Assembly: GCF_963853765.1 (NCBI RefSeq)
Contig: NC_088853.1
Coordinates: 44,206,001-44,270,000, forward strand
Length of the DNA stretch: 64,000 bases
Source: Magallana gigas
Lineage: Eukaryota
Direction of reading: 5' to 3'
Shown here: piece after piece, positions 53,807-64,000 of the stretch
How positions within the stretch are numbered: position 1 is the stretch's first letter
Layout of the letters: every line of letters starts with the position of its first letter
Program-made: the position numbers and the translations under genes
The notes under the pieces: model-generated
Database searches by the model: none
What the model was told of the DNA's origin: nothing
The model's input: only the letters and a program-made list of their open reading frames with translations

Positions 53807-55000
53807 TATACTCTCAGAGATTCGGGAGTGACGTCCGTCAAAATTTTTCAGTCTCGTAAAATCTCGCTGAGATTATCGGTCGATAACAGAACAACCAATA
53901 ACAACAAGTTTATGACGGAATGAAATCGAAAAAAAAAAGATTTTTGAATGTTTAAAATGACAAAAATAAACAAATGACAACTTTTTTCCTCTGGGCTGGT
54001 TGAATTTTAACAGGGCTGACAATTTATACGAGCTGTCCGCCCTGAGTGTCTAGCTAGTTTTTTTTGACGAGTTTAAAACACTGCCCATGGGCAACATTGC
54101 TCACCGGAACAACAACATCAAATTTGTAGCTACATGTATCTAGCTCCACTATATTAAAATCAATATTTTTAAAATGTCTATCTTTTAATTACATTATTTT
54201 CTATTTGAAACCTAACATTAAATTATACACAATTATTGCTGGGTTTTTTTCTTCCGATCAATATGATGAGTTAGCTACCCAATGGAGTACAATATTCACA
54301 GAGCCGGAATAAATTTTGTACTACGAGGGTAGTTAAATAATCGTAATGATGGAAAAACAGCAATAATTATTCTATTATATGATCAGCGACGAATTTATAC
54401 AGACGTATCTCATTGAGTGTAATCAAGCGAAGATTTTGTTTGAAGCCACAGCTTAACAAATTGAGAAACACGATCTTTCATTGGACGATCTATTTTTAGT
54501 CCACTGTTGAAAAAATCAAATGTTATATTAACCTCCTAGGCCACCTGCAGGTGAATATAACGTTCTTGTTTTTTTTTCTAGATAGTTGGTTATATATGAG
54601 CCAATCAAAGAGCTAGGAATTAATCAAACATAAAATAACAATTTATATTGATATCAAAATAACATGCGTCTCATATATCTAAACACTAGTTTTGGGTTCA
54701 TTACAAATATTGCAGAAAATTATTTTCTACTCTATTTAAATACGTATCTATTAAAAAGTTTTAACTCAATTGTGCTCCATGCGCAGATCCAGAAATTTCC
54801 CAAGGGAAGGGGGGGGGGGGGGGGGGCGGTGGGTGGGTGGGTGGAAGCCCAGTTTGGTATTTTTTCAATGTGAACTAAACAAGTTTTAATTTTCAGGGAA
54901 GGGGGGGGGGGGTTTCTGGACTTACCCGACTCGCGCCTGAGCATCTCATATACCAATCAAAAAATTTAAAAGCTTGTTTTATAATTATTTCAGTATAATA

Positions 55001-56620
55001 ATGGCCTCCACCGAGGGACAAGACGCCGTTCTCTGCCGGATGTGTCCCAATCCTGTAGAACACCATTGCAACCTTTGTCATGTTGACCTTTGCACCCAAT
55101 GCATCCCGGTGCACCTTGCGGACAAGACCAAGAGACACGAAGTCGTCGAGTCTATCAACAGAAAAGAAGGACTTATTTTTCCTGAATGCAAATCCCACAA
55201 ACAAAAGCTTTGCGAAATGTTCTGCAATGATTGCAGTGAACCAGCCTGTGCTTTGTGCGTAACAACTACACACAAAAAGCACGACATTACCGACATTGGT
55301 AAAACTATCGAGAACATAAAGCAAAATATCAGCAATGATTTGACCGAATTAGAAAATACTATATCTCCGAAATATAAAAATGTGACAGCAGATGTATCGT
55401 CTGTAGATTTTGATCAGGTTCTTTCTAATATACAGCACCATGAAGATGAATTCTGTAAGATCGTACGTGACATAGGAAGCCAAATGCGAGATGAAGTTTC
55501 CAAACAAAAACAAAAATCTGAACAGAAGAACAAAGAAATCCAGTGTTTGGCAGCTGAAACCGAAAAAGAACTAAATCGAATTATGCAGAACAGCAAATTG
55601 GTCCTCAAATCATACGATGTCGCAGCTATACTGAAGTATAAGTCGTTTAATGATAAATTTAGCGATGGAATAAATGAATCTGGGATACCTTGCCCAAGCT
55701 TCTTACCTGGTTTGATTGAACAAAACCAGATTCGTTATATATTTGGAGGACTACAAATGCAAGAGAGTATTGTATCAAACATGAAGCCTGCGCTGAAAAT
55801 GAGGGGAACCCCCGTGGTGTCAAATACCATTCAAAGTCCTTACGGTCGTAAACGTTCAGAGCTTTGGAGAATAGCATGTGAAGGATCAAATAAGTTCTGG
55901 ACGAGTGGAAATTTAAACAGAGTTAGCCAAATTGACAGTAATGGGTCTGTTTTGAAAACCATTGAGATTGAAGACACAGTCATTGCTCTATCACTTGATA
56001 TACACAAGGACTTGGTATTTATTGTAAATGTGCAAGCCGATACCAAAGTATTCAAGTTTGAAAGTAACAAGGTTGTTACCTTGCTAAACCTAACTAACTG
56101 GTGTGCTTCAGGACTCTGTCATACAATGAATGGCAATCTCTTGTTGAGCATGCGCTCAAAAGATAAGAAACAGAGTAAAGTAGTACGATACTCTGGGGTA
56201 ACACCGATTCGCGAGATTCAAAATGACACTCAAGGAAAACCGTTGTTTTCTGTTGGAACTAAAGCCGTGCTTCACTTGATTGAAAATGGCAACGAGGACA
56301 TATGTGTTGCAGACTGCGCTGGACTGTCGGTTGTAGGGGTGGGTCTTTCTGGAGAATTGCGATTTCAGTACAAGGGCAATGTTACAACATTCTCCAAGTA
56401 CACCAAATTCAAACCTTCCAAGATTATCAATGATAGCCAACAGCACATACTTATTAACGATGATTCGAACGACATCGTCCACATCATTGACAGTGACGGT
56501 AACTTTATCCGGTATATCGAGTATCCGTGTAATGGAGGTATCAGTATCGACACTGACCATAATCTGGTCGTCGGAGAAAGGAAAACCGGAAAAATCCGAA
56601 CAATCAAATATCTTGAGTAG
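55001..56620 (+). CDS. RING-less TRIM-like protein (B-box1, B-box2, coiled coil, NHL-like propeller), single coding exon
   Basis: CRMC..VEHHCNLCHVDLC..C..H and C..H....CEMFCNDC..PAC.LC....H; NHL-type C-terminus. The ATG follows a TTTCAG acceptor. Confidence 0.85.
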   Translation: MASTEGQDAVLCRMCPNPVEHHCNLCHVDLCTQCIPVHLADKTKRHEVVESINRKEGLIFPECKSHKQKLCEMFCNDCSEPACALCVTTTHKKHDITDIGKTIENIKQNISNDLTELENTISPKYKNVTADVSSVDFDQVLSNIQHHEDEFCKIVRDIGSQMRDEVSKQKQKSEQKNKEIQCLAAETEKELNRIMQNSKLVLKSYDVAAILKYKSFNDKFSDGINESGIPCPSFLPGLIEQNQIRYIFGGLQMQESIVSNMKPALKMRGTPVVSNTIQSPYGRKRSELWRIACEGSNKFWTSGNLNRVSQIDSNGSVLKTIEIEDTVIALSLDIHKDLVFIVNVQADTKVFKFESNKVVTLLNLTNWCASGLCHTMNGNLLLSMRSKDKKQSKVVRYSGVTPIREIQNDTQGKPLFSVGTKAVLHLIENGNEDICVADCAGLSVVGVGLSGELRFQYKGNVTTFSKYTKFKPSKIINDSQQHILINDDSNDIVHIIDSDGNFIRYIEYPCNGGISIDTDHNLVVGERKTGKIRTIKYLE

Positions 56621-59308
56621 CTAGGGTTCGATGTAACTTTAGCCAAATACGTTTAGATTCCATGTTTCGATTGGTACGCTATTTAGAATATTGTCCTTTC
56701 TTATATAATTCATTTTAACACATAAACTATACAAAATGACTATTTATATTAGAAAGAACAATATGCTTGTTTTATATAATTACATACTTCTCTATGTCTT
56801 TAACTCTATGAACCAAAATCCCTCGAAACTCTTTAAAGAAACTTTAAGTCATAATTTAGATTCCATTAACGTAATTATTCATACAATATGACATCGATAG
56901 ATTAGGTGTTGTATATATGACAACTTGCAAACAATTAACAGATGTTCGCGAATGGAACACATGTAATAAATATTCTAAAAGTTAATTTCAGTATAAATGA
57001 TATTTTTGATATACTTTTTAATGTTATACTGGTATTAAAATTGTTGTTTGGTGTAACATTTAAAGAATGTTTATGTGGTGTAACAATGGAATATAGTGTT
57101 CATCGGTACGTCATAAAACTTAAAACAAAATTCTTCATACTATACATTGTATGCATCATAAACAGAATATGACGAAGGCCATGGGCCTAATATGAATTTC
57201 ATCGGTGAGGTGAGAATGCTCTTTGAGAAATAAAACAAACATTCCTACTAAAACTGTCTTGGCTTTCTTAGGAATGGACAAAATTACAGCGTGCATGACC
57301 TTTAATTGTCTTTAAGATAAGCAACACAGCTTCTAAACAAAACGTAGCCAAACTATTGGCTGGACTTATATTTCTAAGTTTAAATGGCTCTGTGTCTCTG
57401 TGTAATACTTATGAAGCAAAACATGTTTTATTTATATAGACTTGTTGAAGTAATTGTAATTTATCAACAGTCTGAATTCAATACAACTTAAGTCAAGTAT
57501 TTCCAAATATGTTATAATGTGTAGATACTAATTTTTGTGCGTTAATTTTCATGCATTTGTAAATAGTTTGCATATTGATGGGCCGTTATCTCATTGATAA
57601 GATGAATTGAAAAGTGTGTTTCACAATTTGTTGAGGATGTAAAAATGTGGGAGGGGGAGGGGGGGGGGGAATAAAGTAACAATATAAAATGGGGCACCAT
57701 GCATTACATCTTATGATACGGCGAAATGAGATGTTTACCATAACATATCGAAGTATTGCTACTTGAGAATATATTCAAGAAAAAGATTTATCAGATTATG
57801 TGAATCAAGAATAACATTGATGTTTTGGGCTGTTGTTATGATCTGTATTTGGTCTTAAGGCGATGTCGCCAGTAAGACACATTGGTCATGATATGACTAA
57901 ATAGTCTGTTTTCTATTTAGACACACAGAAGAGATCCTTAAGCAAACAACCACTAACTATAAACATCCTTTTATAAGATAAATACATTTCAACCATAGTA
58001 TAGCATAAAGTAAACACTTCAACTTTGCCCTCTTGCGCCGAGGAAAAAATATGAAATGCTATTTGTCGTATTTCTAAAAATAAGGTCAGACAAATTTGAA
58101 AATACAATCATTTCATATAGTCTTTTTAATAAGCTAAATAAAATACTATATGCTATTCAATCAATAACCCATGTTTTTTTTTTAAATTTGACAATACTTT
58201 CTCTCCTGAATATTTATAACAGTGGGCAACCCCCCCTCCCCCCCCTCCAAAAAAAAACAACAACAAAAAACTTAACCCGATATTTCGTTTTACACTGTGC
58301 ATAATTTGTTTGATAATTTCTTATAAAAATATAAGTTTGGTACATGTACAATATCCGTTTCATGTAAAACATTTTGATTTCAATATAATTATGTGTTTGA
58401 ACTTATAATAACAACCAGTCTCAACTGATTTTTTTATCATACTATTTGATACTTAAATAAGATTTTTACCCGGACCTGCTGGGAGTACTTAGTATACCGA
58501 TCTCTTTCACCGGTCACGTTTTCTTCAGGTTACTCGAAACGAAAGTACACCTGCATTCAAAGGAGAAAAACCCTTCTGCTTTAATTCATTTGGTATAATC
58601 GATGTAAGTACATGTATGTTTTTTAATGAATTAACTCATTGCAAAGTTTCTAATTTTAGGCACTACTGAAAACCCAGAAATTCTATAATCTTTTAGGGTA
58701 GATCTGCCACGTTTTTCACCGACACCGCCCATAAATATGTTATAGTAATGGGTTCTTGTTTTGATGCACTCCATAACGTAGTATGATGTTGAGCAATCAT
58801 TATTCAATGGGCCACTTCATTAAAAAGTAAAAATACACTCTGGTGTTTAGTAATGATAATCAAAAGCCTATTAAATCAATTCAATATGATTTTTTTTAAT
58901 AATTTCACGATATCAAATGTTATGAACAGAAACATTTCAAGTGTAGGTCACAAAGGCATTTCCTTTACAAAGGCCTCGATGTTTCGTATTTCATTTCTTT
59001 ATCTTTTTTAACAGTAACAAAAGTTTCAAATCCATGGTTTTTACCCTTAAATATGCGAGGCGAACACACCTTAGTTGTACCTGTAGGCAAACTGTTATTT
59101 TTAGCTACTAAATAAGTAACGTTAAAGATGCCTAACTCTGTGCCTTTATTTAGACCAAGACTTGATTGTATCATTTCCTTATTTGAAATGTAAATGTGTT
59201 TAAAAAAACATTTTGTGACATAGCAGAATCCCTCACTTTTAAATATTAATTCCTGCGTTATTCATGTTCATAGATAAGAGGTTTTTTTTTCAGCATTAAA
59301 GCAAAACA

Positions 59309-60928
59309 ATGGCTACCACACAAGGACAAGACGTCGTTCTCTGTCAACTGTGTACCAATCCTGTAGAACGCCATTGTAACCTTTGTCTTGTTGACCTTTG
59401 CTCTCCCTGCACTCTTAAGCACTTGGCGGACAAAACAAGCAGACATGAAATCGTTGAGTTCATCAAAAGAAAAAAAACCATTTTGCCTGAGTGCAACTTT
59501 CACCAGACAAAACGATGTGAAATGTACTGCAGAGATTGCAACGAACCAACATGTGTATTATGCGTAACAACTACTCACAAAAAGCACGAAATGGCCAATA
59601 TTTTGGAAATCCTCCAGAATGCTAAACAGCAAGTCACATCTGATTTGAAGGAACTTGAAAACGTCATTGCTCCAAAGTACAAATATATTTCTGCATTTGT
59701 AACATCTTCAGTGTTTGATGAAACTCTCTCTGCTATTCAAGACCAGGAAGATGAACTATGCAGATCCGTGCGAGATATTGGTAGTAAAATGCGAGACAAA
59801 GTTTCGAAACTTAAAGGAGAATCTGAAATTGCGAATAAAGAAAAACAATCTCTGGCAGCAAAATCTGGCACGGAATTGAATGAAATAATTCAAAACAGCA
59901 AAAGCATTCTGGAATCTGCTAATGCCAAAGACATTATGGGTTATGAGTCACAAAATTTGAAGTTTAGGTTTGGTCTTAAAGAAATGGGACTGTCTTTTCC
60001 AAATTTTCAACCTGGTTTGATTAATGAAGACCAGCTTCAAAATGTTTTTGGAAAATTCGAATTGCAAAGAATCTATGGATCAAATAAAGTACCAAATTTA
60101 ATAAAACTAATGAAAACTCCAGTTATTATAAACACCATTCAAAGCCCATTTGGAGATAGTTTACTTTGTTCATATTTTTGGAACATTTCATGTGACGGGA
60201 CTGAAAATGTATGGATCAGTGGAAATGACAGCCAACTTTATCAAATAAACAAGAATGGAGCTGTTCTGAAAAATATAAAAACCGCTAATAATGTCCTTGC
60301 ATTATCCATTGATTCAGATCAAAACATAGTTTTTACATTTTCATGGCCTGACACAAAAGTCTATAAGTATGAAAGTAACACAAACACAGTCAAAACACTG
60401 TTGGAGCTATCTGACTGGTGTCCGAGAGGACTCTGTTATACGATGAATGGTGACCTTTTAGTAACCATGCGCTCTTTAGATGAGAAACAAAGTAGAATAG
60501 TAAGGTATTCCTGCAGCAGAAAAGCTCAAAATGACATATTAGGAGGCTCTCTTTTCTCGGTCAACAGTAGAAAAGTATTAAGGCCAAGTGAAAATGGTAA
60601 TGGAGATATATGTGTAGCAGACTATACCGGCAAAGCTGTCATCGCGATGTATGCTTTTGGAGAAATGCGATTTAAGTACATAGGCAACAGGAAGACATGC
60701 AAGGAAAAAACCTATTTTGACCCTATGGAATTAGTTAATGATGGAAATTTCAACATGCTCATTGGCGACGATTCAAACAAGGTTGTCCATATCATAGACT
60801 GTGATGGTAACTTTATTCGTTATATCGAATTTCCATGCAATGGAGGCATCAGTATTGATACTGACCGCAATCTGGTTGCTGGAGAATTGTCTACCCGGAA
60901 AATTCGAATCATTAAATACCTCGAGTAA
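59309..60928 (+). CDS. Second RING-less TRIM-like B-box/NHL paralog, 539 aa
   Basis: Same architecture and near-identical termini (MATTQGQDVVLC...; GGISIDTD.NLV.GE...IKYLE) as 55001-56620. Confidence 0.85.
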   Translation: MATTQGQDVVLCQLCTNPVERHCNLCLVDLCSPCTLKHLADKTSRHEIVEFIKRKKTILPECNFHQTKRCEMYCRDCNEPTCVLCVTTTHKKHEMANILEILQNAKQQVTSDLKELENVIAPKYKYISAFVTSSVFDETLSAIQDQEDELCRSVRDIGSKMRDKVSKLKGESEIANKEKQSLAAKSGTELNEIIQNSKSILESANAKDIMGYESQNLKFRFGLKEMGLSFPNFQPGLINEDQLQNVFGKFELQRIYGSNKVPNLIKLMKTPVIINTIQSPFGDSLLCSYFWNISCDGTENVWISGNDSQLYQINKNGAVLKNIKTANNVLALSIDSDQNIVFTFSWPDTKVYKYESNTNTVKTLLELSDWCPRGLCYTMNGDLLVTMRSLDEKQSRIVRYSCSRKAQNDILGGSLFSVNSRKVLRPSENGNGDICVADYTGKAVIAMYAFGEMRFKYIGNRKTCKEKTYFDPMELVNDGNFNMLIGDDSNKVVHIIDCDGNFIRYIEFPCNGGISIDTDRNLVAGELSTRKIRIIKYLE

Positions 60929-61626
60929 AACCTTCAATGCATATTCACAAACTTAGTATTTGGATACTAGCATATGATCTTTGAAATAGCATCAAATATT
61001 TATCATTAGTGATGTGATTAATTTTCAGTGCCGGATACATTTTTTTCTTGGACGTTATTGTAATTGATTTATGGTTTTTTTTTCAGGTTTATCATTTTAG
61101 ATTTATATCTACCGAGTATGATTTCCTCCATTTCTTACGCAAACTTATAGTTAACTCATAGCTCTATAGAAACAGAATGAAATCTATTGACCCCTTTTAT
61201 CGATTTGTCGAAACCTACAGGACTGAAACTGACAGGATATCTACACGCCCTATTTATCGGTTTGTCGAAACCAACAGCAACCTAAGAAAATTTACGGACT
61301 GCACGAAATAATCATGATGATGCCATACTCAAATTCCTATTGGATACAATTTGGCTGTTTTTTTTAACTAACGTAATGATTTACATTTACAACTGTAATT
61401 TAGTAAATTTTACTTAGTTTTAATATTCAATTTATTAATTTGTTAAAAGAAAAATGTAAATATAAACAATAAAATGCTCACTTTGATGATTCGTGCGAGT
61501 TATGGAGGTAGCGTTATGTATTTTTTCCTGCAATGTCGCCACCTTCATATCCCGCATGAATAAAAGCATTAAATGAAATAAAAGCATTTTATTGTTTGAA
61601 TAATATGCTGGTCTAAGACAGATTCT

Positions 61627-61716
61627 AACAGAATTAGCCAAATTGACAGTAATGGGTCTGTTTTGAAAACCATTGAGATTGAAGACACAGTCATTGCGCT
61701 ATCACTTGATATACAC
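61627..61716 (+). pseudogene. 90-bp isolated copy of coding sequence from TRIM-like gene 1 (55916-56005)
   Basis: Near-identical sequence with no flanking homology. Confidence 0.65.
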
Positions 61717-61721
61717 GATAC

Positions 61722-62256
61722 CTGTGGGTAGGATGGGGCCACAATGAGGGAATGGATTTTTACAGAAGAATGTATAGAGAACATCTTCAAAAATCTTTTT
61801 CTCAAAAACTATTTGGCCAGAAAAGCTTAAAATTTTGTGGAGACATCCTCAGGCAGTATAAATTCAAGTTTGCTAAATCATAGTCCCTGGGGCCAGGGCG
61901 GGGCCTCAATGGCAGGATGAAATTTTACATAGGAATATATAGAGAAAAATCTTTAAAAATATTCTGGGAAAGTTTTCAGTCCAAAAAGTAGTAACTTGTG
62001 TGAAATTAAGCACAGGTTGTGCAGATTAAAGTTTGATGAAACCATGATTCCCTAGAGAAAAGTGTGGCCACAAAATAGGTAGGGGGGGGCTTGGTATTTA
62101 CAAAAAAAATTTGGAACAAAATTGGCAGATTTTAATTTTTTTTAGCAAGATCTACTGTACTTAGTTGTCAAGATATTGTGATTTTGATACTGTAATGCTA
62201 ATTTTGATCAGAGATAAGGCTATTGTTGCTCAGGTGAGGCCCCTGGGCCTCTTGTT
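61722..62256 (+). mobile_element. 5'-truncated non-autonomous Helentron-like (HINE-type) element with ~165-bp satellite-like units
   Basis: Repeated GGGGCCACAATG...CATAGGAAT...AAAATCTT units and a 3' CAGGTGAG..GCCCCTGGGCCTCTTGTT end. It resembles oyster Cg170-type arrays; classification is from memory. Confidence 0.5.
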
Positions 62257-63198
62257 TTATTATAGTATCTGATACTTAAGGTATCCCACTCCTCAATGTT
62301 GTTGTATCAAGATTTTCTTGAGAAGTATATCATTGAAATCTGTAGACAATACAAACTTAAAAAATACAAAGATAATGGGGGATCAGTATCCATCCCTCTG
62401 AGTTATGGCCCATTTGACCTTTTTGCACCTAAAATGCAATTTCATCCTGATAAGGATTTGTTGTCAGTTTTTTTTTATTAAGCAAACTTATTTCTTCAAA
62501 TATTGTTTTTAATTATGCACAATGGTCACACTGAATAGAGGGATTACGAAAAAAAATTGTACAAAGCTGCATAAATTTTTGTGTGACCTTTTTGCACTTA
62601 CAATAGACAATTTCTACAATAGTTACAATTTGATTTGAAATAAAAACTTTTTGAATATCAAGAATTTTATAAGATTAATCCAGTTTGCCTAAATATGTAT
62701 ACAGTATCATCTTGACATAATATAACATGGGGGTCATTGATGTCAAATTTTAGATATAGGGCTTCAAAGGTAAAATTCTCGCAAAATTTGGCTTAAAAAA
62801 ATTCAGACATGTTCTATATATATGCATGATTTTATGCTTAACGGCTATCACATTCTCAATATTTGATTTTGTACATGTCACACAGAACCTATAAAATATG
62901 TTACAAACCTATCAAATGTTAAAAATGTGAATAATGAATAAAGTACAATAAAAAGAAAAGTATATTGAAAATTCATGAAATTGCTTGTTTCTGTCATTTT
63001 CGTCTAAAAAGCCTTCCGCACGAAAAAATAGTTCCCCAAAAACTTGTTTGTTTCTTGAATTCAAATGGATTTTCTTTATGAATGTTGTGTAATTATGAAA
63101 TAATAATCTATCTGTGATGATTAAATAAATAAAATCATATTCATTTTAAATAAAATAATCATCAGCGCAATGAAATCAAAACATGAGGAGTGAGATAT

Positions 63199-63947
63199 CT
63201 TAAATAAGATTTTAACCCGGACCTTCTGGGAGTACTTAGTATACCGATCTCTTCCACCGGCCATGTTTTCTCGAAACGAAAGTACACCTGCATTCAAAGG
63301 AAAACTCCTTCTGCTTTAATTCATTTGGTATACATGTAATCGATGTAATTATGTTTTAATGAATTATCTCATCGAAAGTTTCTAATTTAGGCACTACTGA
63401 AAACCCAGAACTTCAATAATATTTTAGGGTAAATCTGCCACGTTTTTCACCGACACCGCCCATAAAAGGGTTCTTGTTTTGATGCACTCCATAACGTAGT
63501 ATGATGTTGAACAATCATTAACCAATGGGCCACTTCATTAAAATTAAAATTACACTCTGGTGTTTAGTAATGATAATTAAAAGCCTATTAAATCAATTCA
63601 ATATGATTTTTTAATTATTTCACGATATTAAATAGTATGCACAGAAACTTTTCAAATGTAGGTCACGAAGGCATTTCTTTCACATAGGCCTAGATGTTTC
63701 GTATTTCACTTCTTTGTCTTTTTTAACAGTAGTAAAACTTTCAAATCCATGGTTTTTACCCTTAAATATGCGAGTCGAACACACCTTAGCTGTACCTGTA
63801 GGCAAACTGTTATTTTTAGCTACTAAATAACTAACGTTAAAGTTGCCTAACTCTGTGCCTTTATTTAGACCGAGACTTGATTATATCATTTTCTAATTAG
63901 AAATGTAAATGCGTTTAAAGAAAACATTTTGTGACATAGCAGAATCC
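63199..63947 (+). repeat. Duplicate of the non-coding region upstream of TRIM-like gene 2 (58453-59231)
   Basis: ~750 bp collinear with high similarity; the match stops just before the acceptor and ATG. Confidence 0.75.
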
Positions 63948-64000
63948 TTCATTATGTTCTCTTTCGCTTCGCTCAGCCGAACATAAATTATTTCAAGTTC

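Overview
AT-rich, intron-rich metazoan genomic DNA. It is most likely an oyster (Crassostrea/Magallana-like), inferred from the repeat landscape and the RING-less B-box/NHL gene family; the species is not proven. Host genes, reconstructed by hand from splice phases: the 5' part of a SECISBP2/SBP2L-like gene (-, to 2477); a divergent Rab8-architecture GTPase with an N-myristoylation motif (-, 5342-9067); a partial mucin-like membrane protein (-, 10804-12337); RAB8A (+, 24458-30027) with a candidate alternative first coding exon (23529-23664); a RabX1-like GTPase (-, 35934-49530); HINT1 (+, 49907-52091); and two tandem B-box/coiled-coil/NHL genes (55001-56620, 59309-60928). Main result: a 9,205-bp, apparently intact P-superfamily DNA transposon (40110-49314) lies in RabX1 intron 1. 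It has 306-bp terminal inverted repeats and a 7-bp target-site duplication (GCATGAG). It encodes two reciprocally interleaved antisense genes, each with a short first exon just inside one TIR and a first intron that holds the body of the other. One gene is an 845-aa DDE P-type transposase with an RFX-like winged-helix N-terminus instead of a THAP finger. The other is an 885-aa PIF1-family helicase with a C-terminal PHD finger. No database searches were run, so novelty relative to Repbase/Dfam is unverified. Two N-gaps are present (7723-7868, 19414-19578).
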